From the sequence record DRR723986_6279: 39,976 bases of DNA; one strand, written 5' to 3'. Position 1 is the stretch's first letter, and the number at the start of each line of letters is the position of its first letter. The notes under the pieces are model-generated. The model ran no database searches, was not told the DNA's origin, and saw only the letters and a program-made list of their open reading frames with translations. Positions 21,228 to 32,061 of the stretch are shown piece after piece. The translations under genes and the position numbers were made by a program.

Positions 21228-23054
21228 ATGAAAACTTGTATCTTAACTCTTGCTTCAGTTTTTGCTTTTGTTTTTAACGCAAACTCCCAATGTGGTCCAG
21301 AACCTACCATCAATTTCAACCAAAATACATTTACAATTTGCCCTGGAAATAGCGTGACAATTATCGCCTCCACCTCCGGGACAGTAGGCCCCGTTTCATA
21401 TGTTTGGACCCCGACAGGTCCAGTTGGAAACAGCAACACAAATACAGTAAGTCCTACAGCCAATTCGACTTGGTATTATCTTGAAATTACAGATGATTGT
21501 TTTACGGTTATTGACAGTGTAGTTGTGAATGTTGACAATTCAGTGATCACAAATATTAATTCAACCTTTGCTATGGATTGTCCAAGCCAAACAGGAAGTC
21601 TAGGTTCAATCTCCATTTCACCAAACAATCCGAGTTGGATCTACACATTAGATGCTGGCGGCACAACTTACGGCCCTACAAACAATGGTAATTTCACTGA
21701 TTTACCTGGTGGGCAAACTTATTTTATAAACATCATGACTTCAAACGGTTGCCAACTTGACTCCAATGCAGTAGTTAGTTTAGCTGCAAATCCGACATCT
21801 GCTAACTTTGTGATAGACTCACTGAGGGATGTCACTTGCTTTGGCGATTTAAATGGAGGTGCTTATATCAATAACATCACCGGAGGCCTTTCAACTCCAT
21901 ATGATGTTTATTGGACTCATGAGTCGGGAACTTTTATCTCCAACGCTGGAATTCCGAACCTTGGGGATGCTGAACAAGATTTTTTAAATGGAGGACAATG
22001 GGTAGTTTCTGCCGTTGATCAGGACGGATGTGCCTGGTCATACCCTTTTGAAATTGGTGAACCAGATGAAATAATAATAGATTGGATAACATACTCACCG
22101 GTTTGTCATGGATCCTGTGATGGCAGTGCAACCGTTAGCCCAACTGGTGGTAACGGGGGAAATATTTACCAAATCACTGACGCCAGTGGAAATCAAGTTA
22201 ATTTTGCAAATCAGCCTACGATAAATTTACTTTGCGAAGGGTTTTACTATGCATTGGTGACAGACAATCAAGGATGTTCACAATACGATTCAACATTTAT
22301 TGCCCAACCCGATTCTATGCATTTTTCAGTAAGTAACCAAAGTCTTTTGTGCTCATATGATAGCACTTGGGCCTTCATTGATACTGTCTATAATTTCCAA
22401 GGTGCGTATAGTCAATTATCCTACTTCTGGGTACCAAATCCAAGTTCAGTTCCTAATGGCATGGGTTCTGATAGCATAAACGCCCTAACAGCTGGTAATT
22501 ATACTGTAATTGTTAATGATCAAAACGGATGCTCTGCCAGTCGAAACTTCACAATATCATCACCACCACCTTTAACCTTCAGTGACTTAAGCACAATTAA
22601 TTGCACAGGCAATAGTGATGGTTCAGTAACGGCTGCTGCTGCAGGTGGCGCAGGTTCTTATTCGTACACATGGACCAATTTGACTGATTTTACAACATCT
22701 ACCAACAGCACTTGGGGTGGATTAACTTATGGGGATTATGAAATTGAAGTCATTGATGCCAACGGATGTACTCTGATAGACACCATTACTCTGGGCTGCC
22801 TGAGTATAAGTGAAAATGACATTAACTTCTCTTTGTATCCAAATCCTGCCAAGACAGAGGTATTTATACAACTACAAGAACATCTTATTGCCTCCATAAC
22901 AATTAAGGATTTGACCGGTAAAATTTGCCAAACTAGTCAAGTAATGGGTTCCACCACTATCGAATTAACAGATTTAGCGTCTGGAATTTACTTCGTTACT
23001 TTAAGTTATGAAGATAAACATCAGACTATTCCGCTCGTGATTTCTAAGGAATAA
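21228..23054 (+). CDS. T9SS type A cargo protein with SprB-like repeats
   Basis: Signal peptide from ATG 21228, repeated C..DG....GG..Y....D.NGC units, C-terminal LYPNPA...GIYFV sorting domain. Confidence 0.88.
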   Translation: MKTCILTLASVFAFVFNANSQCGPEPTINFNQNTFTICPGNSVTIIASTSGTVGPVSYVWTPTGPVGNSNTNTVSPTANSTWYYLEITDDCFTVIDSVVVNVDNSVITNINSTFAMDCPSQTGSLGSISISPNNPSWIYTLDAGGTTYGPTNNGNFTDLPGGQTYFINIMTSNGCQLDSNAVVSLAANPTSANFVIDSLRDVTCFGDLNGGAYINNITGGLSTPYDVYWTHESGTFISNAGIPNLGDAEQDFLNGGQWVVSAVDQDGCAWSYPFEIGEPDEIIIDWITYSPVCHGSCDGSATVSPTGGNGGNIYQITDASGNQVNFANQPTINLLCEGFYYALVTDNQGCSQYDSTFIAQPDSMHFSVSNQSLLCSYDSTWAFIDTVYNFQGAYSQLSYFWVPNPSSVPNGMGSDSINALTAGNYTVIVNDQNGCSASRNFTISSPPPLTFSDLSTINCTGNSDGSVTAAAAGGAGSYSYTWTNLTDFTTSTNSTWGGLTYGDYEIEVIDANGCTLIDTITLGCLSISENDINFSLYPNPAKTEVFIQLQEHLIASITIKDLTGKICQTSQVMGSTTIELTDLASGIYFVTLSYEDKHQTIPLVISKE

Positions 23055-23057
23055 TGG

Positions 23058-24653
23058 TTATCTCTTAATTAATTTATTTGAATATACCTTAAGCCCATCA
23101 ACATAACTTGAAAGGATATACATCCCAGGAGCAAGAGCAGAAACATCTATATTGTTTTCAAAAGATTCAATTAAAACTTGTCCATTAAGAGTAGAAACCT
23201 CAAAATAATTGGCCGTTTCACTTTCAATGATAATGTTGTTGACAGCTGGATTTGGATAGATGGCTACCGAAGTCAGATTAGGCTCAGTTAAATATAATCC
23301 TCCTGATGAAAATTCCATGATCCAATAATCTCTTTGGCCATTTGTCCCTTCTGTTTTGTCGCCCGAAACACCTGAAGATGAATATCCTCCCAAAATAAAG
23401 TTACCCGAAGTCAATTGTAAAATTGATCTTAGATTATCAGACGAGCTGCCGCCAATACTTTTATCCCAAACAATACTATCTGCTGCATCTAATTTAACCA
23501 TCCAGTAATCGGTGGCGCCGTTACTGGCTTCTGTTTTCATCCCTGATATACCAGCAGCCGTTGTGCCTCCAACTAAAATACCTCCATCATTCGTAGGAAT
23601 TGAACGTACAGTTAAATCTTCTGAATCAGTGGTTCCAATTGTTTTCTGCCAAACTATATCACCTAAATTATCCAATCTGAGCACCCAATAATCTTGATTT
23701 GCGGCTAGCGAATCACAGCCTATGCAATTCTCTGTCTTTAAGCCTGAAACTGGCGAATTAGAACTGCCGCTAATTAAAATCTCTCCGCTTGATAATGCAC
23801 TCACTGTTCCAAATATTTCAAAACCTGTGCCTCCAATAGTTTTATCCCAAACTGTAGCACCTGTAGGGTCAATTTTTACTATCCAATAATCTCTTGATCC
23901 ATAATTATTCTCCGTTTTATCCGTTGAAGCACCTGAATCAGACTGACCTCCTAATATATAGTTACCATCACTTGCAATTACAATTGAGCGAATAAAATCG
24001 TTAGCAAATCCACCTATGGTTTCGTCCCAAACAATATCACCATTAGCAGAGTCAATTTCCATTACCCAATAGTCGTATCCGCCCATTGAGCCTTCAGTTT
24101 TATCAGGAGAACTATATGATGCCGAGGTGCCTGCAACTAAAATGTTCCCATTTGGAAGTAACACAGCATCTCCAAAAAGTTCTTCTCCGGTTCCTCCAAA
24201 GGTGCGATCCCACATTACAACTCCATTGCTATCTAATCTTAGTAGCCATAAATCTCCTGTGTCTTGTGGTCCATCTCTATCTTCAGTTTTATCTCCAGAA
24301 GCGTTTGACATGGACTCACCACCTACAAAATAACTTCCATCAGCCATTTGCAAGGCAGTACCAAATTGCTCATAATCATCTCCTCCTAAAGTGTTTTCCC
24401 ATTCAACGACACCGTTTTGATCAACTTTGACAATCCAATAATCCACGGTTCCCATTTTTGCTTCTGTTTTATCCCCTGAAATACCTGAACGACTATGTCC
24501 TCCGAGAATATATCCGCCGTCAGCAGTAGGTGAAACAGTTAGTAAATAATCATGATCTGAACCGCCAATACTGTTTTGCCAGTTGATGGTTGATAGCTGC
24601 GAATACGCAAAACTTGTTAATATTGAAAATAAAGAAAGGGCAAATGTTTTCAT
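23058..24653 (-). CDS. T9SS type A cargo protein with tandem beta-propeller-like repeats
   Basis: About seven DYW(I/V)xKxD..G..xW..xIGG / GDKTE repeats; C-terminal IYPNPA...GMYIL; start ATG 24653. Confidence 0.88.
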   Translation of the reverse strand: MKTFALSLFSILTSFAYSQLSTINWQNSIGGSDHDYLLTVSPTADGGYILGGHSRSGISGDKTEAKMGTVDYWIVKVDQNGVVEWENTLGGDDYEQFGTALQMADGSYFVGGESMSNASGDKTEDRDGPQDTGDLWLLRLDSNGVVMWDRTFGGTGEELFGDAVLLPNGNILVAGTSASYSSPDKTEGSMGGYDYWVMEIDSANGDIVWDETIGGFANDFIRSIVIASDGNYILGGQSDSGASTDKTENNYGSRDYWIVKIDPTGATVWDKTIGGTGFEIFGTVSALSSGEILISGSSNSPVSGLKTENCIGCDSLAANQDYWVLRLDNLGDIVWQKTIGTTDSEDLTVRSIPTNDGGILVGGTTAAGISGMKTEASNGATDYWMVKLDAADSIVWDKSIGGSSSDNLRSILQLTSGNFILGGYSSSGVSGDKTEGTNGQRDYWIMEFSSGGLYLTEPNLTSVAIYPNPAVNNIIIESETANYFEVSTLNGQVLIESFENNIDVSALAPGMYILSSYVDGLKVYSNKLIKR

Positions 24654-24832
24654 TGTTTTAAGTTTTAATTTTCTCAAAACTAAGCAATGAAACTCGATTA
24701 CAAAGCTGTATTTCTACTTAAAAAAGCTTAAATATACAAGTCATAAAAATTTGTAAATCAATGGTTTAAGTATTAACACCTAGGTGATAAAACTTATAAA
24801 AGGCATTTGATCTATACAGGTTCAGTTCAAGG

Positions 24833-25291
24833 CTATTTTTTACTTTTCCCGTTGCCGTTGCCTTTACCGTTGCTTTTACCTGAACCCTTATTTTTAGACT
24901 TTTTGTTTTTAGTACTCTGCTTTAATTCATGAAACTCCGCAGATCCTGGCTTAATTCCCAGTTCTTTCGCCATTGCTCCCCATCCCTTTGATTTGTTAGC
25001 CACATACTTATCGGCAACATCCGTAGGTTTAGTGTTCGATATTTTACCCAATTCAAGAGACATGTAGACATCTCCAGGTTCAAGGTTTAACGAAAACATA
25101 TAATCGATTTCTTTTATACTGACATTGAAATCTGCTGAAAGCTCTTTCTTGAATAGACCTAAATCTGACTTGGCCGAAACGTTTATGGAATTTAAATCAG
25201 CATCCAGCTCTGTTGAACCGGTATTAAAGTTTATTTGAGCCGTTAATTGGAATGTGAAGGCTAAAAATAGTAGGGATAGTATTGATTTCAT
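24833..25291 (-). CDS. Hypothetical secreted protein with Lys/Gly/Asn-rich tail
   Basis: Signal peptide, KGWGAMAKELGIKPGSAEFH motif, basic tail. Confidence 0.75.
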   Translation of the reverse strand: MKSILSLLFLAFTFQLTAQINFNTGSTELDADLNSINVSAKSDLGLFKKELSADFNVSIKEIDYMFSLNLEPGDVYMSLELGKISNTKPTDVADKYVANKSKGWGAMAKELGIKPGSAEFHELKQSTKNKKSKNKGSGKSNGKGNGNGKSKK

Positions 25292-25348
25292 AATTTGAAT
25301 TTATCTGTTTTAAGTAAGATACATTTTTTTAGCCGAGGGTTGGATAAA

Positions 25349-26986
25349 TTAGGAATTCAAATCCAGCGCCTTCAAATTCTCAATTCTATTTCTTGCCAAA
25401 AATTCATCAATGGTTTCAAAGTGCTCAATGATGCGCTTGTCTTTGAACTCAAACACTTTTTGCGAAAGGCCTTTTAAGAAATCTCTGTCGTGAGATACTA
25501 AAATGAGTGTACCGTCAAAATCTTGCAATGCTTGTTTCAACACATCTTTCGACTTCAAATCTAAGTGATTTGTTGGCTCATCAAGAATTAAAACATTCAC
25601 AGGTTCCAACAACAATTTCACCATGGCCAAGCGCGTTTTTTCTCCTCCCGACAAAACACTTACTTTCTTATCAATATCATCTCCACTGAACATAAACCCG
25701 CCGAGAATGCTCTTGATTTGCGTTCGTATTTCGCCTTTTGCCACCTCATCAACCGTTTGAAAAATAGTCAATTCAGGATCTAATAAAGAAGCTTGATTCT
25801 GTGCAAAATATCCCACCTGCGCATTGTGACCTAAAGCGCATTCCCCTTCAAAATCTATCTCCCCCATTATTGCTTTAATCATGGTTGATTTTCCTTCTCC
25901 GTTTCGGCCCACAAAAGATACTTTCTCTCCCCTAGCAATAGACATATTTGCATCTTTAAAAACAACGTGATCGCCATAAGATTTTGACAAGTCTTTTGCT
26001 ATCACCGGATAGTCTCCAGATCGTTGGGAAGGCGGAAACTTTAATCTCAAGGCAGAATTGTCTACCTCATCAATTTCAATGATATCCAGTTTTTCCAGCA
26101 TCCGTTCACGTGATGCCACTTGATTGGTTTTTGAATATGTTCCTCTGAATCGTTCAATGAAAGCACGATTATCGGCGATCATTTTTTGCTGTTCGTTGTA
26201 CTGCTTTAATTGTTGCTCACGTCTCTCTTCTCTTAAAACGAGGTAGTGCGAATAGTTAGTCTTATAATCGTAGATTTTACCCATTGTCACCTCAATGGTT
26301 CTGTTGGTGATGTTGTCAATAAACGCCCGGTCGTGTGAAATGACCACAACAGCCTTTGCTTTGTTCAGTAAAAAATCTTCTAACCAAATCACGGATTCAA
26401 TATCTACGTGATTCGTAGGCTCATCTAACAAAATTAAATCGGGTTTTTGGAGTAAAATTTTCACCAATTCTATTCGCATTCTCCAACCACCACTAAATTC
26501 TGAAGTGGGTCGTGTAAAATCTTCTCGTTTAAATCCGAGACCTTTTAGCGCCATTTCTACCTCAGCATCATAGTTGATTTCTTCAATTGCATAGTACTTC
26601 TCACCTAAATCGGTCACTTTTTCAATAATCCCCATGTACTCTTCCGACTCGTAATCGGTTCGTGTTTCCAACTCTTTATTCAGCCGATCCATCTCATTTT
26701 TCATCTCAAAAATATGACCGAAGGCTTTAGAAGCCTCTTCAAAAACTGAACAGTTATCATCCGTCAATAAATGTTGAGGTAAATAAGCAATCACGGTATC
26801 TTCAGGTGTGCGAATTCCTCCCCTATTGGGTTTCGTTTCTCCAGCAATGATTTTCATCATTGTAGATTTTCCTGCACCATTTTTACCCATTAGAGCAATT
26901 TTATCATTTTCATTAATCGAAAAAGAAACATCACTAAACAGTGTTTTGCCACTAAATTCTACCGCTATTTGATCAACCGAAATCAT
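25349..26986 (-). CDS. ABC-F family ATPase
   Basis: Two NBDs (GKNGAGKST/FSGGWRMR/LLDEPTNH; GRNGEGKST/LSGGE/ILDEPTNH), no TM domain; TAGCTTTG -7 box at 27006-27013. Confidence 0.95.
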   Translation of the reverse strand: MISVDQIAVEFSGKTLFSDVSFSINENDKIALMGKNGAGKSTMMKIIAGETKPNRGGIRTPEDTVIAYLPQHLLTDDNCSVFEEASKAFGHIFEMKNEMDRLNKELETRTDYESEEYMGIIEKVTDLGEKYYAIEEINYDAEVEMALKGLGFKREDFTRPTSEFSGGWRMRIELVKILLQKPDLILLDEPTNHVDIESVIWLEDFLLNKAKAVVVISHDRAFIDNITNRTIEVTMGKIYDYKTNYSHYLVLREERREQQLKQYNEQQKMIADNRAFIERFRGTYSKTNQVASRERMLEKLDIIEIDEVDNSALRLKFPPSQRSGDYPVIAKDLSKSYGDHVVFKDANMSIARGEKVSFVGRNGEGKSTMIKAIMGEIDFEGECALGHNAQVGYFAQNQASLLDPELTIFQTVDEVAKGEIRTQIKSILGGFMFSGDDIDKKVSVLSGGEKTRLAMVKLLLEPVNVLILDEPTNHLDLKSKDVLKQALQDFDGTLILVSHDRDFLKGLSQKVFEFKDKRIIEHFETIDEFLARNRIENLKALDLNS

Positions 26987-27091
26987 GTCTATTATTTTGA
27001 AAATGCAAAGCTATAAAAAAGACATCATGGTCTATCGATTCAAAAGTAATTCCTATTTTAATTGCGAAAACCCATTTATTAGTTGCACGTA

Positions 27092-27562
27092 ATGCAAAAA
27101 CAAAGATCAACACAACTTGCCTCCAGATTTAAAGAAGTCATGCTCAATGGTACATGGATTGCAAATACAAATTATCAGCAAATTCTAGCAGATGTAAATT
27201 TTGAGCAAGCCACTCGAAAAATCAGTGATTTGAATACCATAGCTCTACTAACTTTTCACATCAATTACTACGTCAATGGACTAAACCAATTCTTTGAACA
27301 CCATGAATTGACCATAAAAGACAAGCATTCATTTGGCGCTCCAGTTTTGAAATCTGCGGCAGATTGGGAAGACTTAAAACAACAATTGATCAATAACTCA
27401 GAGCAGTTCAGTTATCACGTTGAGAACATGTCAGATGAGCAAATACAAGCGGTTTTTGTGAAAGTAGGTTATGGTTCTTATGAAAGGAATATTGACGCTA
27501 TGATTGAACATGCTTACTATCATCTAGGTCAAATCAGTTTGATTAAGAAAATGACAAGCTAA
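27092..27562 (+). CDS. DinB/DUF1572-like protein
   Basis: NTIALLTFHINYY and IEHAYYHLGQI motifs. Confidence 0.8.
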   Translation: MQKQRSTQLASRFKEVMLNGTWIANTNYQQILADVNFEQATRKISDLNTIALLTFHINYYVNGLNQFFEHHELTIKDKHSFGAPVLKSAADWEDLKQQLINNSEQFSYHVENMSDEQIQAVFVKVGYGSYERNIDAMIEHAYYHLGQISLIKKMTS

Positions 27563-27788
27563 AAGTCAGTTCAAAGACCTATTTTAGACCCTCTATTTTA
27601 TTTGAAATTTCAGTTTTTAAACTGATTTTTTATGCGTTTTGTTGTCTTAATTTTGGAGCGTTGCCCAAAACAACGAAAGGGAATACTTTCTAGATCAGAA
27701 TGAGCGAAGATCATCCATCTTATGGATTCATATACATACGGCTCAATAAAATCCTTGTGATACAGGACTCTAGTGAACCCTTTACGAC

Positions 27789-28586
27789 ATGGTTATTAAT
27801 AAAATAAAAATAGCGATACTAGTATGTATTGCACCTATGGTATCCCAAGGTCAGCTGAGCCTTGGGATATCTTCTGGTATTAGGATGTCCTTTTCAAAAA
27901 TTATTCTTGAAAATTCACCGAAAAACACCTTCAGGATTGCTCATCAAGTAACTTTCCCAAACATGAGTATTCAGCTCAATTACAACCATAATAAAAATAT
28001 TTATGGATTTGATTTTGAGAGAAATAATGTTTTTTTAAGTGCTGCGGATAGATCAAAAAACATACTCTTCTTTCCTGACTTAGAAAACGGAAGAGGGACT
28101 ATTCTAAACAATGGAGGAAGAGCCATTACTTTAAATATTAAGTATGGGCGACAATTCACTAAGAATAAATGGAATTTCAATTTAATGGGACAGGTCTTTT
28201 ACTCGAAATTCCAAGATCATTTTGAAACTGGCTGGGGCGTATTGGCTGGAGAATTGGATAGTGCTGGCAATAAAAAACATGAATGGTCATTTCTAGAATG
28301 GGGAGATGTCCGGTACTACAACAATCTACAAACCTTCGGTTTAGGGCTCAAACTAGAAATAGAATACAATGTTTTTCACAACTTCTACCTTAGCCTTTCA
28401 AATGAGGTGAATAAAGGATTTTTTAAAGTAATGGAGAAAGATTATCGAACGAGCTTTTGGTCAATTGATGAACCCGAAAAAAACGCAACATATTTCAACA
28501 GCACTGCGCATTTTGGGAGCAATTACAAGTGCTTCATTGGGCTTAAGTACGTTTTCAAGAAAAAGCAGGATAGGCCTGAGGATTAA
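27789..28586 (+). CDS. Hypothetical outer-membrane beta-barrel protein
   Basis: Signal peptide, amphipathic strands, C-terminal FIGLKYVF. Confidence 0.6.
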   Translation: MVINKIKIAILVCIAPMVSQGQLSLGISSGIRMSFSKIILENSPKNTFRIAHQVTFPNMSIQLNYNHNKNIYGFDFERNNVFLSAADRSKNILFFPDLENGRGTILNNGGRAITLNIKYGRQFTKNKWNFNLMGQVFYSKFQDHFETGWGVLAGELDSAGNKKHEWSFLEWGDVRYYNNLQTFGLGLKLEIEYNVFHNFYLSLSNEVNKGFFKVMEKDYRTSFWSIDEPEKNATYFNSTAHFGSNYKCFIGLKYVFKKKQDRPED

Positions 28587-30602
28587 TTAATTGATTACCA
28601 CTTTCTTTGTGAAGCCACCTAATTTCATCAAATAGATGCCTTGATTTAAATTACTTAGATCTATGGGCATATTTTCAGATGCAAGCCCCCTAAAACAAAC
28701 CTTCCCAGACAAATCAATCAATTCGAACTCGCCTTCATAACCTGTAACCTGAATCAAACCCTGACTCGGATTTGGGTAGATCTCCATCTTCTCTTTGATC
28801 TCTTCTATACTCCCGGCACCTGGCGCATCTGCACGATAATACAATCGCGTTCCGTTATCCCAATTGATCCAATCAAAATAAAGCGGATTGCCTGATTGAT
28901 TCTTAAAACTTACCGTATCCAACCCATTAAAGTCAATCACAAACGATTGCTCATCAATCAAATGAGCGTCATCAATGGTCACCTGCATTTCGTTACCTAC
29001 AATCTCGGTATCATATGCTAATACATCACGTTTCTTCCAGAAATCTCCATATCCTTCAAAAGAATAAATCAAAACATCAGGATCTAACTGATTGATATAA
29101 TCTTGCTGCGCCCACAATTTATAGGTTCTATTGGGATGAATCAACAATACAACTGGTGAATTGTTGGCCACGTAACGTTGCGTTGCATCTGTCCATTGGG
29201 CCACTTTTTGAGAATAGTTACTGGCATTAATCGGGTCTGAATGAAACACATCTGAAATGGTCATGGGTATTTCTAAAATACTTGATTCTTGCGCCGAAAA
29301 TGAAGGGAATTGCAAGGCGTAAAAAGGATAAGATGTCAAAATATCATTGGCAGAATAAGTTGAATTGAATTCATAGCCTGCAGTTTCTAAGCCATAAATT
29401 AAAGAATCAGGATAAACCAAATGACCTGCTCTAAAACTTCTTACTGTAACGCCATGGTCTGTTTCAATCAAATTTTTTGAAACTTCTAGCTCTCCTAAAA
29501 TCGAACCTCCGCTTGTTCCATTTCCATCATTAAAAGGAAAATAATTAGAACTTGTATTGCCCAAAGCGCCGAAAGGAAAAAGTGCGTCATCATCAAAATC
29601 AGGGAAATGTCCAACAGAATGTGAGGACAATTTATGTCCCTTCAACTTTACTGTATTCACTTGATTCCATGAGCCGTTGTAGAAATCTGACATTAAACTG
29701 TCAACAAATATCCTGGTGGTTAAATTATAATGCCCCTCGGCACCAATTGACATTTCATATGCAGCAAAATCATACATGGTATCTACACCTGTATGACTAT
29801 CAATATCATGCGTTAACATCACTGCCGATTTTCCTTTGTTTGGAATGGTGTGTTTATAAATAGCATGGGGCAATTCAGCCATAATCATATTTCTAACGAT
29901 CAACATAATCACATCTGCACCTGGCTCAAAACCATTAGAATAAGTTCGGTTTGCATTAACATCAGCGTTGATCTGACTTCTAAAAGTCAAATCTCTAAAG
30001 TCAGGACCAAAGGTGTAAACTGTTCCTTGCCCCCATGTATTTTTTACCAAGGCTGGCTCCCCATTTTCATAATGTGCTAAGGCAATTCCAGATGTTAAGG
30101 TGTAATAACGACTATAATAAGTTGTGGTTGAGGCCGAATCGCCCAATAAAATTTTCACCTCAAGCGAATCATCAATATAATCAAAGACGTTGGCGGCGGT
30201 GGTATCCCAAGTGAGTTCAAACAAGGTATTACTTGAAGTAGATGCCGATATTCCACAGGCGTTGAACAAATCAGTTTCTCGCATTGAAGAGGTAATCAAG
30301 GTCCCGCCATCAAAAACCCAATCGTTAATCAATTGATTTTGAGCAAAACTTAAAGCGTTGTTTTGAATTCTTGATCCGGTTATAATAATAGGATAATTCA
30401 AAGCTTCTTCTAAAGAATCAGTTATAACGTATGGAACACCACAGGTACGAATCAATCGCTCAGCAGATAATTTTCTTGAGCTACCCGTTTCGCCGTTATA
30501 ATTGGTCATGTCTAACACAGCCACTTTGCGCTCAGCTTGGGCAAAACTTATTGAGCAAATAAACACTGATAACAGTACAAGAAAATAACTTTTCATAATC
30601 AA
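28587..30602 (-). CDS. T9SS cargo with polysaccharide deacetylase-like (NodB/CE4-like) domain
   Basis: LTHDID, SSHSVGH, SFRAG, LEIPMT, LLIHP motifs; C-terminal IYPNPS...GIYLMK sorting domain. Confidence 0.75.
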   Translation of the reverse strand: MIMKSYFLVLLSVFICSISFAQAERKVAVLDMTNYNGETGSSRKLSAERLIRTCGVPYVITDSLEEALNYPIIITGSRIQNNALSFAQNQLINDWVFDGGTLITSSMRETDLFNACGISASTSSNTLFELTWDTTAANVFDYIDDSLEVKILLGDSASTTTYYSRYYTLTSGIALAHYENGEPALVKNTWGQGTVYTFGPDFRDLTFRSQINADVNANRTYSNGFEPGADVIMLIVRNMIMAELPHAIYKHTIPNKGKSAVMLTHDIDSHTGVDTMYDFAAYEMSIGAEGHYNLTTRIFVDSLMSDFYNGSWNQVNTVKLKGHKLSSHSVGHFPDFDDDALFPFGALGNTSSNYFPFNDGNGTSGGSILGELEVSKNLIETDHGVTVRSFRAGHLVYPDSLIYGLETAGYEFNSTYSANDILTSYPFYALQFPSFSAQESSILEIPMTISDVFHSDPINASNYSQKVAQWTDATQRYVANNSPVVLLIHPNRTYKLWAQQDYINQLDPDVLIYSFEGYGDFWKKRDVLAYDTEIVGNEMQVTIDDAHLIDEQSFVIDFNGLDTVSFKNQSGNPLYFDWINWDNGTRLYYRADAPGAGSIEEIKEKMEIYPNPSQGLIQVTGYEGEFELIDLSGKVCFRGLASENMPIDLSNLNQGIYLMKLGGFTKKVVIN

Positions 30603-30745
30603 GTTAAATGGGTTCTAAATATATGGATTCGAAACATTTGCAGCGCGTTTTGATCACTTTTATTTATCATTGTTTTTAAACAGACAATTCAATTGAATTT
30701 CTCAAACGGTTGAGGATAAATAATGGGATTACTTATTTTTGAGGC

Positions 30746-31102
30746 ATGAGCAAAACTGATAACTTCTATCTCAAGCAAGACGAACCCAACAAAAGTTGCT
30801 TTTTAGCATTGCGAGATATCCTGCTCGATTTTGATCCCAACATTTCAGAAACGGTGAAATACGGGATGCCTTGTTTCATGTATCAAAACAAAGCTTTTTG
30901 TTATTTGTGGAAGGATAAAAAAACGGAAGAACCCTATGTGTTAATTGTTGATGGGAATAAAATTGAGCATCCCGCATTAGAGCAAGGTACAAGAAACAGG
31001 ATGAAAACATTTTCTGTGAATCCGAATGAAGATATTGATTTAGAGACTATGAATGAAGTACTAATGTTGGCGCTTGAACTCTATAATGATGTGAAGGAAT
31101 AA
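30746..31102 (+). CDS. DUF1801 (YdhG-like) domain protein
   Basis: LRDIL....ISETVKYGMPCF.Y..K.FCYLW. Confidence 0.85.
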   Translation: MSKTDNFYLKQDEPNKSCFLALRDILLDFDPNISETVKYGMPCFMYQNKAFCYLWKDKKTEEPYVLIVDGNKIEHPALEQGTRNRMKTFSVNPNEDIDLETMNEVLMLALELYNDVKE

Positions 31103-31149
31103 TTTTTCGGTCTAAGATTCGTAGATTAATTAATTTCTATATTTATAGC

Positions 31150-31992
31150 ATGTTCCCAAAGCTTTATTTTACAATCGCACTATTTGTATTCTGCTCGATT
31201 CAATCCACCGCTCAAGATTCTACGATTTATCTCAAAGCCGATAACGGATATAGTCTTTCACTCAAAATGATTCACCAACACCCAGATGAGGTTGCGAAAC
31301 TTAGCATCTGGGGTGGTTTTGGACTTGGAGTTGAGAGGTGGAGCTTTTTAGGCGCCTCCTATTATCAACCCACGAAATTTCAGATCGAACTTCATGGAGG
31401 CACTGGCGCGGGTTTAGACGGAACTATATTTGTCAAAAATTGGTTGAGAAACGACAAAGCGAAGCAATCTGTTGCCACCGACCCCTCTCAAAATCTAGTA
31501 TATAAAGTAACGATTCCCATAAAGAAAAGGCTTTCAATTGGACCTCATTTTGGAGTAGGAAGATATCATCCGTTTGGTGAGGGTTTTGTTGCAAATTATG
31601 GGGCAATGGGTATCGGATTTTTCAGGGCGAAAGGGGTTCATTGGAAATTATCTTCAGGCTATTTAGAACGAAAAGGCAGTAAAAAAGTAGGGCTTTATTT
31701 AGATGCCATGTACTATTTCGGCCACAATTATCCTATTCCAAAAAACATTACAATCATCCCTACAGGTCCGTCAGACCCACAAAACGATATTTATACCCAA
31801 GAAGATATAAAAAATGAATTATCTGAAGAAAAAATAAATTGGGGAGCGAGGCTCTTTTTGCAAGGAAATGTAACCATTTGGTCGAAGAAAGGAATATTAG
31901 GTTTCAACTATCTACTTGGTGTAGGTACGCCACCTGATTGGGATGGAATGCTAGGCAGTATCGGAGCAGGTTTAAGCTTCACATTTTTATAA
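31150..31992 (+). CDS. Hypothetical outer-membrane protein
   Basis: Signal peptide ..STAQ, Gly/aromatic strands, C-terminal GAGLSFTFL. Confidence 0.6.
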   Translation: MFPKLYFTIALFVFCSIQSTAQDSTIYLKADNGYSLSLKMIHQHPDEVAKLSIWGGFGLGVERWSFLGASYYQPTKFQIELHGGTGAGLDGTIFVKNWLRNDKAKQSVATDPSQNLVYKVTIPIKKRLSIGPHFGVGRYHPFGEGFVANYGAMGIGFFRAKGVHWKLSSGYLERKGSKKVGLYLDAMYYFGHNYPIPKNITIIPTGPSDPQNDIYTQEDIKNELSEEKINWGARLFLQGNVTIWSKKGILGFNYLLGVGTPPDWDGMLGSIGAGLSFTFL

Positions 31993-32061
31993 AATAAATA
32001 TGAAACACCCATGTAACCCTTCTATAAAATCCAACTTATAAGATTACCCAATCCCAGAAAA

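Noticed and set aside
23300-24600. DNA-level repeat element within the T9SS gene
   Set aside because: The periodicity is explained by protein repeats (DYW..GG/DKTE units) with diverged codons.
27563-27788. Riboswitch or small RNA in the 225-bp intergenic region
   Set aside because: Only short hairpins and a 35-codon ORF (from 27700); no recognisable riboswitch consensus.
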